The notes beneath the pieces were generated by a model, which was not told the DNA's origin, did no database searches, and saw only the letters and a program-made list of their open reading frames with translations. From IMG/VR virus record IMGVR_UViG_648276671_000019, positions 1-31,646 of that record: a DNA stretch of 31,646 nt, one strand, 5' to 3'. The position numbers and the translations under genes are program-made. Origin of the DNA: a virus. Lineage: Duplodnaviria; Heunggongvirae; Uroviricota; Caudoviricetes. Shown here in pieces: positions 9,100 to 18,265 of this stretch. The stretch's first letter is position 1; the number at the start of each line of letters is the position of its first letter.

Positions 9100-10318
9100 C
9101 GTTCTTTTCCTCTTTGCCTTTCGTATCTTTAAAGTTATTCAACGGATTTGCTGCATTTACGCTGACCAGCATTTCATCCAGACCGTCAACCGGGTTCATA
9201 TCCTCAAATGCCCTGGCTTCATTCCGGCTCATCCAGCCATCTGTAATGGCAAAGTGATAGAACTGCGCACGCTCCTGTGGGGTCCCACGGAGCAACCCCG
9301 TGAGGTTGAAACGAACGTAATACCCGGCAGCCCGTTCTGTACGGGTAAACAGGCGACGGTTAAGCTCCTGCTCCCAGTTCGCAACCCAGGGCATCATCGT
9401 GTAGCGAACAAACTGAATCGCCTGCTGCGTAATATTCGAAAATGTGGCTTTTTCCAGGTCATTAATCATGTGCGCCGGGACATTAAAAATCCCGGCAATC
9501 ATCGACCTGTTCAGCTTGGTCATATCAATGATCTGAGCATCCACCGGAGAAACTGTCAGAGCGCGGTAATCCAGTTGCGCAGGCAGCAGCATGGTTTTAT
9601 TTTCCTGGCTGCGAAGCGCTGTCACCGCCCGCTGCCACATATTTTTAAGCCTGCCCCAGCTCTGTTCGTTCAGTTCATTTTTCACAGAAATAATACCGGC
9701 AGGACGGGCATTACCGTTAAAAAAGGCGCTGGTATACTGCTGGCCACTCATTCCCATACCAATGGTTTCAGCATGCTGCATGATCGGGCTCAGTCCCATT
9801 TTCTGATTGTTTCCCAGCGCCCTGATATGGATCATGTCGTCCGGACTTACCGCAAATGCACCCTCTTCGTTATACACCCCGTAAGTATGACGCCCACCGG
9901 TGTTAAGTAACGTGGTTTCCCATGGCATACAGCATTCAAGGCTGGTAACCTCGCCACGACGATTACGTTTTACCCACGTATAACCGTTGCCCCACCCCAG
10001 CACATGACGCTGCTTCAGTTCCCGCCACTTATAGCTGGTCTGCCAGGCATTAGGTTCATCATGAACGAGCCAGAACAACGGATGATCGCGTGCCGGCTGA
10101 ACATGCTCATTCGTTTTTCGCATCACATGCAGGGGCATCTGAGCCACACTGGATGAAATAACATAAATACAGGCATAGACAGCAGCCAGCTTCATGGATG
10201 TTTCCGGACTGACATACACATCCCGGGCAAAAATATTATCCGTCTCAGCGGCCTCTCCGGTTACCGGAACCGAGGGATTTTCCAGAGGCTCACTGCGAAA
10301 CAGAGCATCAAGAAGCAT
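9092..10318 (-). CDS. Portal protein, HK97 family
   Basis: 408 aa immediately downstream of the large terminase; AGGAGAA Shine-Dalgarno; acidic C-terminus. Confidence 0.85.
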   Translation of the reverse strand: MLLDALFRSEPLENPSVPVTGEAAETDNIFARDVYVSPETSMKLAAVYACIYVISSSVAQMPLHVMRKTNEHVQPARDHPLFWLVHDEPNAWQTSYKWRELKQRHVLGWGNGYTWVKRNRRGEVTSLECCMPWETTLLNTGGRHTYGVYNEEGAFAVSPDDMIHIRALGNNQKMGLSPIMQHAETIGMGMSGQQYTSAFFNGNARPAGIISVKNELNEQSWGRLKNMWQRAVTALRSQENKTMLLPAQLDYRALTVSPVDAQIIDMTKLNRSMIAGIFNVPAHMINDLEKATFSNITQQAIQFVRYTMMPWVANWEQELNRRLFTRTERAAGYYVRFNLTGLLRGTPQERAQFYHFAITDGWMSRNEARAFEDMNPVDGLDEMLVSVNAANPLNNFKDTKGKEEKNDE

Positions 10319-10448
10319 GTTTTCTCCTCATGGACACCACCAGTGCATAAAGCAGCAACAAACAGCCAGACAGCATCAGAGACGCTGGCAGACCTGCATA
10401 CAGATAAACGCCAGCAGTGAGCAGACCGAAACCGATCAGCCCGGTCAT
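10308..10448 (-). CDS. Small hydrophobic ORF (46 aa) between terminase and portal
   Basis: ATG at 10448, translation MTGLIGFGLLTAGVYLYAGLPASLMLSGCLLLLYALVVSMRRKHAS, stop overlapping the portal start; below the ORF-track size cutoff; no strong Shine-Dalgarno. Confidence 0.3.
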   Translation of the reverse strand: MTGLIGFGLLTAGVYLYAGLPASLMLSGCLLLLYALVVSMRRKHAS

Positions 10449-10465
10449 ATCAGTAATAAGCTGTT

Positions 10466-12223
10466 TCACAGAATTAACAGGTCCTCATCAGGATCAAGCG
10501 TGGACAGAAAGTCATTCACGTCCCCGCCATTTACCAGAAAGCGGCTCATGGCCGTAAAAAGCGCAACAGGGCCGTCGATTTTGGCTTCCAGCGTGGATTT
10601 ATTCGGGAAGATATTGTCGTTTTTGTCCGGTTTTACCGTAACGTTAGACATCATCCAGTTCATGACCGGATGATTGCTGTGATGGAAACGCCCGGCATAG
10701 ACCAGTGATTCCGTTTCCTTCATGGCCTCTGACAGATTGCGAACCGTCTGCGGAACCTCCACCAGCGGTATCCCTTCTTCAGCCAGTGCCAGGCTGAACT
10801 GCATCGCGCTCCACGGGTCAAATCCCAGTTCCCTGAGGTTTTCACCACCAATCCATTCCAGTAAGTCACTTTTTATCTGAGCATGATCGATAACATCACC
10901 ATCCGTCAGAATCAGCTTATCCATCTCCGCCCACTTCCGGTAAAGTTCTGCCTGCTGCCGCGAGCATCGTTCCAGCCGTCCTTCCGGAAGCCAGAATTTA
11001 AAATCGGCATGAACATGCCCGTTATCCGTTCGCCAGAGTTTTGCCGCCGCACAGATATCAATCTTATGAGCAAGGTCAACGCCGACCCACATGGGATACG
11101 TTTTCAGCTCATGTCGTGGGGCAATGTATTCGCACTTCTCCCACTTAATCATGTCCATCCAGGCAGACTCTGCTGTTACCCACACATTCATGTGTTTGGT
11201 AAAAAAATTCACCCGCGCAGAGACCTGTTCTTTCGCTTTTTTCGCCAGGCGACGCAGATCATCCCAGCGTTTACAGATGCCCAGGCCGGGATTCGCTTTC
11301 TGCCAGACCGTTTCATCAAACGGATCATCTCCCTCATCGAGGGTGTAAATAATCGCAAAGTAGGAGTCGTCTTTTACCGCGCCCTCCACGTCGCTGTTAT
11401 AGCCACGCAATACCTTGATGGCGTAATCACGCTGCTCGTAACAAATCCCTTCCTTGTTAAACCCTGCCGTGGTGATACCAAATAAAAGGGACTGCAGACG
11501 GGCACCGGTTGCCGTTTCCAGAACGTCCCACACGTCACGGGTTTTATGTGCATGCAGCTCATCAATAATGGCGCAGTGGATGTTCAGACCATCCAGGTTG
11601 TTTGCATCCGAAGAAAGCGGTTCAAATTTTGATGCGCTCTGCTCCTGGTAAATCGCCAGCTTGTTGAAATCAAACAACCGCCCGAGTGTCGACCGGGCTT
11701 TTCTGACCATATTTTTGGCGTCTTCAAACACGATTCTGGCCTGGTCACGCGTGGTTGCGGCTGAATACACCTCAGCTCCGCCTTCACCATCTGCCCCCGT
11801 CATATACAGGCCGATACCCGATGACAGGGTTGATTTTGCGTTTTTACGGGCGACTTCGTTGTACGCCGTCCGGAACCGGCGCACCATCACCGGGCGTCCG
11901 CTGCCATCGCTGCGCATGACAACTTCCCCGGTCTCTTCATTGACCAGCGGAATGACAAAACCAAAAATATTAATCAGGATAAATACATGCCAGTCCATCA
12001 ACTCAATGGGCTGGCCTGCCAGCGCCCCTTTCACATGGGGCACAAATTTGTAGAAATTCAGGATGTGCTGCGCACGGGGTTCACTGAAATAAATCCCCCG
12101 CTCTTCGCCGTACTTCAGATCATCAAGAAAACGCTGGCAGGCCAGACGGACAAATTCGCCAGCAACAATTTCTCCTGCAACAACACGTTCGGCGTAGCGG
12201 ATCCCGTCAGCCACTTTTGCCAT
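10466..12223 (-). CDS. Terminase large subunit
   Basis: 585 aa; N-terminal ATPase and C-terminal nuclease layout; ATGA-coupled to the small subunit. Confidence 0.9.
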   Translation of the reverse strand: MAKVADGIRYAERVVAGEIVAGEFVRLACQRFLDDLKYGEERGIYFSEPRAQHILNFYKFVPHVKGALAGQPIELMDWHVFILINIFGFVIPLVNEETGEVVMRSDGSGRPVMVRRFRTAYNEVARKNAKSTLSSGIGLYMTGADGEGGAEVYSAATTRDQARIVFEDAKNMVRKARSTLGRLFDFNKLAIYQEQSASKFEPLSSDANNLDGLNIHCAIIDELHAHKTRDVWDVLETATGARLQSLLFGITTAGFNKEGICYEQRDYAIKVLRGYNSDVEGAVKDDSYFAIIYTLDEGDDPFDETVWQKANPGLGICKRWDDLRRLAKKAKEQVSARVNFFTKHMNVWVTAESAWMDMIKWEKCEYIAPRHELKTYPMWVGVDLAHKIDICAAAKLWRTDNGHVHADFKFWLPEGRLERCSRQQAELYRKWAEMDKLILTDGDVIDHAQIKSDLLEWIGGENLRELGFDPWSAMQFSLALAEEGIPLVEVPQTVRNLSEAMKETESLVYAGRFHHSNHPVMNWMMSNVTVKPDKNDNIFPNKSTLEAKIDGPVALFTAMSRFLVNGGDVNDFLSTLDPDEDLLIL

Positions 12224-12705
12224 CAGTCTCTCGCTTTTAAAAGCTCTGCCAGCGGATCAACATCATCCGGTCTGGCGATATTTACTTTCGCCCGGCTTGC
12301 CGGTGACATACCAAACTCTGCAAGCATTGCCCGGATCCGCTTCCAGGCATCCGCTTTCATTGCCGCCGCGGGGTGCGCCTTAATCAGTACATCACCGCTC
12401 TGCGTTTCCGTGCGGTAGGTATACCCCTCAACATCGAGTGTTTCGCAGTGATGCCGATATTCGGTGTAGGCTTCCACCAGCAACTCGAGCGCACGCGCAT
12501 CAAGCTGAGAAATGATCCCTTCCGCATTCAGCTCTTCCGCCATTCGCCTGAACCAGTACTTCCCCTGTGCCCCTAAATGCTGCGGAATTTTAGGAAGACC
12601 TTTTTCATCCTTTTTAGCGGTTTTTTTGGGGTCTTTAACGGGGCGCTTTGAGGGGTTGCCTCGTATCAAATGCAGGCGTGGCGGGGTTTTCGGAGGTCCT
12701 GACAT
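12223..12705 (-). CDS. Terminase small subunit (P27-like)
   Basis: 160 aa, basic N-terminus, directly upstream of and coupled to the large subunit. Confidence 0.8.
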   Translation of the reverse strand: MSGPPKTPPRLHLIRGNPSKRPVKDPKKTAKKDEKGLPKIPQHLGAQGKYWFRRMAEELNAEGIISQLDARALELLVEAYTEYRHHCETLDVEGYTYRTETQSGDVLIKAHPAAAMKADAWKRIRAMLAEFGMSPASRAKVNIARPDDVDPLAELLKARD

Positions 12706-12852
12706 AATCGGTCTTACCTATCAATCGTTTGTTCACATTTCCAAAAAAAGTTTTCGAACCTGCGGCGATGTGAGGAAGGGTCAGGCGGCGGTACTGAGCA
12801 GCCAGGGCTGCAGAGATTTGACCCGCCCCTCCCCTACAGATGGGAACTGTTA

Positions 12853-13203
12853 TCAATTGATGCGTTCGCGCGCTGTTTTTGCTTTATGACAGGGCCAGCA
12901 CAGACTCTGCAGGTTACTGTCTGCATCCGTGCCACCATGAGCTTTCGGAATGATGTGGTCCACAGTTCTGGCTTCAACGGCTCTCCCATTGCGCAGGCAG
13001 TTCTGACACAGATGATTATCACGCTTCAGTATGCGCGCACGTATGGCATCCCATTTCGAGCCATAGCCACGCTGGTGGCGGCTCAGTCCGCGTTGATGCT
13101 GTACCCATCCTTCGCCACGATGTTTATCGCAGTAACCAGAACTGTCTGTGGTTGTACCTGCACATCCACGCTTACGGCAGGCGCGTGGGATTCGTGATGG
13201 CAT
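12853..13203 (-). CDS. HNH endonuclease associated with terminase
   Basis: 116 aa with Cys-rich zinc motif and HNH signature (VDHIIPKAHGGTDADSNLQSLCWPCH); the usual position next to the small terminase in HK97-like cos phages. Confidence 0.85.
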   Translation of the reverse strand: MPSRIPRACRKRGCAGTTTDSSGYCDKHRGEGWVQHQRGLSRHQRGYGSKWDAIRARILKRDNHLCQNCLRNGRAVEARTVDHIIPKAHGGTDADSNLQSLCWPCHKAKTARERIN

Positions 13204-13245
13204 AAATACCTCATACCCTGCGAAATGTTTACCACGATAAAAAGG

Positions 13246-13710
13246 CTACTTAATGCACTGAGTGCGGATATACTCCTGTGCCCCTTCCAGTTGCATCTGC
13301 ATCGTCATCAGCCGCTCTCTGAGGGTGAAATAATCCCGTTCAGCGGTGTCTTCCAGTCGGGGGCTGGTTGCATTATCCACGCCGGAGGCGGTGGTGGCTT
13401 CACGCACTGACTGACAGACTGCTTTGATGTGCAACCGACGACGACCAGCGGCAACATCAGCGCGCAGAGTTTCATTTTCAGCTTTCGCATTGGCTAATTC
13501 TCTCGAGTACTTTGCATCGAGAGCAGCAACATCACGCTGACGCTGCTGCATGTCAGCGATGGTGGCGATCGCCTGCTTCAGCTCACTGACTTTTTTATCA
13601 CGCTGTTCTTTGTAGGCGATGGCGTTATCACGGTAATGATTGACCGCCCACGACAGGCAGACGATGATGCAGATAACCAGAGCATAAATAATCGCGGCGA
13701 CTCTGCTCAC
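13246..13710 (-). CDS. Rz: Spanin, inner-membrane subunit (Rz)
   Basis: Translation closely resembles lambda Rz; probable GTG start at 13710 overlapping the endolysin stop (GTGA), the ORF-track start at 13725 being TTG. Confidence 0.85.
   Translation of the reverse strand: MSRVAAIIYALVICIIVCLSWAVNHYRDNAIAYKEQRDKKVSELKQAIATIADMQQRQRDVAALDAKYSRELANAKAENETLRADVAAGRRRLHIKAVCQSVREATTASGVDNATSPRLEDTAERDYFTLRERLMTMQMQLEGAQEYIRTQCIK
13308..13490 (-). CDS. Rz1: Spanin, outer-membrane lipoprotein subunit (Rz1), nested in Rz
   Basis: 60-aa ORF in the +1 frame inside Rz with lipobox LVVVGC and a PPPPP stretch; near-identical to lambda Rz1 as I recall it. Confidence 0.85.
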   Translation of the reverse strand: MRKLKMKLCALMLPLVVVGCTSKQSVSQCVKPPPPPAWIMQPAPDWKTPLNGIISPSESG

Positions 13711-14240
13711 TGATCTATCCCCCAACAGGCTAATGCGCTTTCCTGGTCACGACGAATAACCTGTCCATAGCAGTTATTTGAACGTATGCGGCAATCGCGC
13801 CCACCATCTTTTATCCACCAGCGAATCGCCTCGCATGCACCTTTACGATCACCAGCATTCAGCCGCTTATAAAACGTCGACGGAAAACACTTACCGGGGC
13901 CAATGTTATAGGGACAAAATGACGCGATACCCGCTTTTTGTGGTTCGGTCAGTGGTACTTTAAGATTGCGCTCCACCCATGCCAGCGCCTTATCACGCTC
14001 AATGGCGTTGACCTGGTCGCATTTTTCCTTCGACAGTTTCATACCGGGAAAAACGGGTTTTCCATCCACCATCGTGGCACCCCGACAGATGGTCCAGATG
14101 CCGGACCCATCGCGGTATGCCGTTGTGTGGTTACCTTCTTTTTCATCCAGAAACTGGTCGAGAATATCAGGCGCGGGCGCACCGACGGCAATCAGTGCCA
14201 GAACGGCAGCCGACAGGCCGTATCTGATTTTTGCGTTCAT
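13707..14240 (-). CDS. Endolysin (T4-lysozyme-like), probably SAR type
   Basis: E-x8-D-x5-T catalytic triad ([20 protein letters not shown]); N-terminal weakly hydrophobic Gly/Ala-rich segment [17 protein letters not shown] consistent with a signal-anchor-release domain. Confidence 0.8.
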   Translation of the reverse strand: MNAKIRYGLSAAVLALIAVGAPAPDILDQFLDEKEGNHTTAYRDGSGIWTICRGATMVDGKPVFPGMKLSKEKCDQVNAIERDKALAWVERNLKVPLTEPQKAGIASFCPYNIGPGKCFPSTFYKRLNAGDRKGACEAIRWWIKDGGRDCRIRSNNCYGQVIRRDQESALACWGIDQ

Positions 14241-14303
14241 GGATATTTATCAGGATTTATCGGTTTCTGCCCACGGACAGGTTTATCTGTTCCGGTCAGT
14301 GAC

Positions 14304-14654
14304 TTAAGGTTGTGATTCCGGAGGAGTCTTCAGAGAACCAGTAATTCTTCCTGGTAGCTTTCCTTTGTAGGTTATCCACACATTCTGCGCATCTAAAATT
14401 ACGGGGTGCTTTTCCGGCGACTGCTCATCCCCTTCACATAACCCGGCAGCAACATCCAGGAAGACCTGTCTGATGCTCCTTCTGGCTGCTGCCTCATAAA
14501 ACTCCAGCGCGGCACCTTCAACACGGTCCAGCGAGATGTCCAGGTCAAAAATTTCACCGTCAAAGCGTTTTTTGTCCCGTAACGCTAAAGTTACCGTAAC
14601 TTTATTCTCAAAATTGCGGATCCCTTTCACAATCAGTTCATAGTTTTGAGTCAT
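14304..14654 (-). CDS. Hypothetical soluble protein inside the lysis cassette
   Basis: 116-aa ORF translationally coupled 4 nt after the holin stop, Shine-Dalgarno GGGGAGAG; no transmembrane segment or signal peptide. Confidence 0.55.
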   Translation of the reverse strand: MTQNYELIVKGIRNFENKVTVTLALRDKKRFDGEIFDLDISLDRVEGAALEFYEAAARRSIRQVFLDVAAGLCEGDEQSPEKHPVILDAQNVWITYKGKLPGRITGSLKTPPESQP

Positions 14655-14658
14655 TGAA

Positions 14659-14874
14659 TTACTCTCCCCGTGCAGCCTTACGCTTGTCTTCTCTGATTTT
14701 GAAGTACAGATTTGTCAGATAAGTCAGGAAGCCCAGAACCAGACTCCCCAGTACACCAATCGCAGCCCACTGTGACGGACTGACCTGATCAAGCCACTGT
14801 AAAAACCAGTAGCCAGCACTGCCTGCGGAGGTGCCGTAGGCAATGCCCGTTGAAATTTTATCCATGGATTTCAT
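14659..14874 (-). CDS. Holin, phage 21 S-like (pinholin) with dual-start motif
   Basis: 71 aa, [26 protein letters not shown] matches the S21 holin family; Met1-Lys-Ser-Met4 gives antiholin and holin starts; GGAGGTGAGG Shine-Dalgarno. Confidence 0.85.
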   Translation of the reverse strand: MKSMDKISTGIAYGTSAGSAGYWFLQWLDQVSPSQWAAIGVLGSLVLGFLTYLTNLYFKIREDKRKAARGE

Positions 14875-15157
14875 AGCCTCACCTCCGCACGGAACGGATG
14901 GCGTAATTCTTATATCGGGAAGGGAAAAAAGAAGGCCGCAGCATAACTGTCACTGATTAATTCATGACAGCCAGTGGCTACGGCTCTGTCAGGGTTGTGC
15001 TGTTGCTGGGCGGCGATGACGCCCGTGCGCATTTGGTAATCCGGTTCTGCTTCCGGCATTCGCTTAATTCAGCACAACGGAAAGAGCACTCAATGCATTT
15101 AAGCCAAGCCCCATAAGGGAGAATGCTCTTACCTGTTGTGCAGACAAAAAAAACACA

Positions 15158-15232
<75 letters not shown>

Positions 15233-15233
15233 A

Positions 15234-15310
15234 TGGTCCGTCACCGAGGACTCGAACCCCGCACCATCAACTTAGAAGGTTGATGCTCTATCCCGATGAG
15301 CTAGTGACGG
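15234..15310 (-). tRNA. tRNA-Arg (anticodon UCU)
   Basis: Acceptor CCGTCAC/GTGACGG, anticodon stem TCAAC/GTTGA with loop CTTCTAA, T-loop TTCGAGT, 3' ACCA; 1 nt from the neighbouring tRNAs. Confidence 0.8.
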
Positions 15311-15311
15311 T

Positions 15312-15387
15312 TGGTGGCCCTTGCTGGACTTGAACCAGCGACCTGGCGATTATAACTCGCTCTCATCATTTAGCTAAAATGGCAGGG
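15312..15387 (-). pseudogene. Degenerate tRNA-Ile-like gene (ileX-like 3' half, anticodon loop GTTATAA)
   Basis: 3' half (TCGCC AGGTC GCTGG TTCAAGT CCAGC AAGGGCC A CCA) is nearly identical to E. coli ileX as I recall it; the 5' acceptor strand and D-arm do not pair properly. Confidence 0.35.
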
Positions 15388-15509
15388 GGAGTGATGATAC
15401 ATCAGTCACATTAAACATGAAAACAAAATGGTTTTAGGTGAAATACAAAAAGAATAGTGATTAAATATCAAATGGATATGCTTTAAATCTAACCACAGTA
15501 AGGACGAGT

Positions 15510-16454
15510 ATGATTTTTCTCAAGAATGGCGAAAGTTTTATTCGCGTGAATGACTGGGCAGAAATTCAGGCGAGAGAGTCTTACTATCCCAAATTAGAGT
15601 TAAATGATCAGCAACTCTCTGACGTTTTTGGTTACTACGATGACCTACCAGAGGAAATTCCATGTGGGAAATCAAATTGCCGCAAAGGGCATAAAAAGGG
15701 ATTTCTGGTAGTTACGAAAGAAGGATTTGAAACGAATATCGGCCATGTATGTGGAACTAATGTTTTTGGTATAGCCTTTGATAATTTAGCAATAGAACTT
15801 TGCCGAAAAGCAGATTTCCATCGCTTACTTACCGCACTTAAAGAGGCAAAAGATGATATTTTTAGCTATTACAAACTCAAAGCCAAAATCGAATCTGGGC
15901 GTCCATCACTAACTGAGGTTGCTCATAGAATACTTGACATGAAAGACCCTAAAATCATCGGGCGTGCAGCTTATCAAACATTGAAAAAGATGGCTGCTTC
16001 TGGTGATGGGCGTGTTTTCCGCTCAAGATTAAAAAATACAGAAGAGCTAGAACTGGACGAAATTATGTCCCAAAAGCAAACAAGCGACTTAGCTCCGAAA
16101 GTTAACAATAAGAACAAAACCGTAAACGAACTTATTGGGGTAATACAATACCCTGAATGCTTGCTGAATGATTATGACATTGCTCTTCTTTATGAAAGAG
16201 ATATAAAAATGGTTCTGGAAAAATTAAACAAATGCAACCCAGATGAATTAACTGAAAGAGAGGTGTTGTCATTTGGAATAAAGGTTTCAAGATTAAGAGA
16301 GCGCTTTAGTTTTGTTCAGGAACGCTTAGAAAAATCGAGGTTTTTTGCAACAAGAGAAAATCTTAAACCTTTACGCGCATTACTTAACATCCAGAAATCT
16401 GTAAGCAACAAAGACAAATTACTATTTAAGAAATTTATGGAAAATTTACCATAA
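15510..16454 (+). CDS. Hypothetical protein (314 aa), opposite-strand insertion between Q and the lysis genes
   Basis: Long ORF in visibly AT-rich DNA, TAAGGA Shine-Dalgarno 8 nt before the ATG, terminator hairpin directly after the stop; Cys/His cluster CGKSNCRKGH...HVCG; no family recognised. Confidence 0.7.
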   Translation: MIFLKNGESFIRVNDWAEIQARESYYPKLELNDQQLSDVFGYYDDLPEEIPCGKSNCRKGHKKGFLVVTKEGFETNIGHVCGTNVFGIAFDNLAIELCRKADFHRLLTALKEAKDDIFSYYKLKAKIESGRPSLTEVAHRILDMKDPKIIGRAAYQTLKKMAASGDGRVFRSRLKNTEELELDEIMSQKQTSDLAPKVNNKNKTVNELIGVIQYPECLLNDYDIALLYERDIKMVLEKLNKCNPDELTEREVLSFGIKVSRLRERFSFVQERLEKSRFFATRENLKPLRALLNIQKSVSNKDKLLFKKFMENLP

Positions 16455-16480
16455 TTAAAAACCCGCTGTAAGGCGGGTTC
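16451..16480. terminator. Bidirectional terminator hairpin (candidate tR' on the minus strand; terminator of the 314-aa gene on the plus strand)
   Basis: Stem AACCCGC-TGTAAG-GCGGGTT; on the minus strand it is followed at once by TTTAATTAT, on the plus strand by a T-run 9 nt away. Confidence 0.55.
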
Positions 16481-16520
16481 TGTGGTAATTTTTATTTTGG
16501 CGCTAAAACCCATGCTCAAA

Positions 16521-16550
16521 ATGGTACAAGACAATTTTATGCAAAGTCAA
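16521..16550 (-). promoter_or_regulatory. Candidate late promoter PR' (-35 TTGACT, 18-nt spacer, -10 TACCAT) with presumed Q-utilisation region
   Basis: Located between the Q stop (16590) and the terminator hairpin; spacer contains ATAAAATTG as in lambda PR'; would give a short transcript of about 60 nt. Confidence 0.35.
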
Positions 16551-16589
16551 GTCAGTTGCTCAAAAATCTCTCCCCCAGATCTATTCAGA

Positions 16590-17405
16590 TCAGTAACTCG
16601 TTGCCTTCTCAAATGCTCTAGCCGCATGCCGCTCACCTTGATGCAGGATATCAACCAATTTTTCATAGAATGGTTTCCAATTGCGCGACCATGAAGACTG
16701 GTGCAGATCGGGAATGTATATTTGAATAGCTCGATGAACATTAGCTGATTTGATAGATACGAATCCCTTTCCACTACAACGCTCGCAGGTTTTAAATACT
16801 GGCATGCCTTGCTCTTTTGTCGCAATACGATCTAGAATTTTCCCTTTTCCACCACAACGGCAACGTGCGCTTATTGCTCCCCTGCCTTCGCAGACATCAC
16901 AGACTGCAGGCACACTCTCCATTATCTCCGTCCAATGCTCCCAATCTGATGGCCGAACAGCGCGAGAACGGCTGGCCCAGTACGGAGGCGGTCCCCACGG
17001 GAAAGAAACCTTTCGTGTAATTTGAGTCCGTGTGGTTCTACCGGTTCCTTTGCATATAGTGCAGACGCTGCTGGTAGCAGCTGAGCGAGAGTACTCAGCA
17101 AAGGCAAACTGCGCCAGTACCAGCATACACCACCCAAATTCACCACCAGCTGCTTTACGCACATTCTTCGGTGCAATTTCCATCGCGTGACGCGCAAGCG
17201 CCTGGACTGCCATCTGCTCATCAGTCTTGCTGATACCGGCCTTCCCAAAGAAAGCCGCCAGGCCAAACCGCTCACGATTGCTGGTGGTACCAATAGCCGC
17301 CATAACATCGGTGCCTGTAAGACGTTCCGGAGAGGTTCCTTTCACATCGTCGCCGATATACATTCCCTGAGGACTGAAGTATTTTAGCGATGCCTCAAGC
17401 TTCAT
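16590..17405 (-). CDS. Putative late antiterminator Q-like protein
   Basis: 271 aa from the ATG at 17405 (GGGGAG Shine-Dalgarno; overlaps the upstream stop); Cys-rich zinc-finger-like motifs CDVCEGRG...CRCGGKGK and CERCSGKG; last gene before the late promoter region. Confidence 0.5.
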   Translation of the reverse strand: MKLEASLKYFSPQGMYIGDDVKGTSPERLTGTDVMAAIGTTSNRERFGLAAFFGKAGISKTDEQMAVQALARHAMEIAPKNVRKAAGGEFGWCMLVLAQFAFAEYSRSAATSSVCTICKGTGRTTRTQITRKVSFPWGPPPYWASRSRAVRPSDWEHWTEIMESVPAVCDVCEGRGAISARCRCGGKGKILDRIATKEQGMPVFKTCERCSGKGFVSIKSANVHRAIQIYIPDLHQSSWSRNWKPFYEKLVDILHQGERHAARAFEKATSY

Positions 17406-18265
17406 TATTCGCACTCCCCAACCAGATTGAGGATGACCGCCGCACCGTCGTCTTCCATGTACTCCCCCTTACCACTTGCCAGAAACCAGCGGCACACCTC
17501 CACAGCTTCGGTGCGTGTTACCGGTTTGATGGTTACCAACAATTTTTCCAGGTAGCGCTCGCGGTCATATACCGATTCGTGATGCTCAGAGTAACCAAAC
17601 TCATCGCCCTGTTCTTTGGTTGCAGTGTGGCGAACACTGTAGAGCCAGTCCCAGTAAACAAACTCACGAACTACGTCTGACAATGTATGAGGCTCTGGCA
17701 GTACATCACGATAGCCATCAACATATGCACGACGCTGATCATCAATTTCATTCATACGGATGCCGTCAATGCTGCCCGCTTTCTTCTCTGCCGCAGTCCA
17801 GCCCCAGAGATGATCGTCGATAAATTTCCGGGAAGACTTGATCACTCGCTCGGCTTCCACATCTTCGAGTGCTGCTTCATAGCTACCAAACGTAGCCCTG
17901 ACTGATGCTGCTTTTTTGATATTCTCCCGGGCGTTCCTGATTGCCTGTGCCGGGTTATCCATGCCGATGGTACCGAAAGCAATCTGGAAAGGATCACAAC
18001 CATTCGCCAGCAGATAACGCGAGTAGCGTTCCCGGGCCTCTTCTGACGATATTTTAATTTTCTCCAGTGCAGCTTCGGCAGCGTCCAGATGCGCGGGTTC
18101 ATTCAGGCGGATTACCTCCAGTACCCAAAGATAAGCATCCGTCTGTTTATGCCCGGTAATTTTTCGTTGCTCCGGCAACGGCTTGATATTTGCAGGAACA
18201 AAGCTATGCGCAGCCGTCGGGATGGTGAACAGTGTTTTGTGTACCTGATTGTCTGTGCGCATCAT
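17405..18265 (-). CDS. Hypothetical protein (286 aa)
   Basis: ORF coupled to the primase upstream and Q downstream; no family recognised. Confidence 0.6.
   Translation of the reverse strand: MMRTDNQVHKTLFTIPTAAHSFVPANIKPLPEQRKITGHKQTDAYLWVLEVIRLNEPAHLDAAEAALEKIKISSEEARERYSRYLLANGCDPFQIAFGTIGMDNPAQAIRNARENIKKAASVRATFGSYEAALEDVEAERVIKSSRKFIDDHLWGWTAAEKKAGSIDGIRMNEIDDQRRAYVDGYRDVLPEPHTLSDVVREFVYWDWLYSVRHTATKEQGDEFGYSEHHESVYDRERYLEKLLVTIKPVTRTEAVEVCRWFLASGKGEYMEDDGAAVILNLVGECE

Noticed and set aside
9254-9910. Plus-strand ORFs of 60-220 aa lying antisense to the structural, terminase and replication genes (for example 9254..9910, 10883..11485, 13938..14315, 17187..17387, 18721..19188)
   Set aside because: They sit entirely inside well-supported minus-strand genes, lack ribosome-binding sites and have low-complexity translations, as expected for antisense frames of GC-balanced coding DNA.
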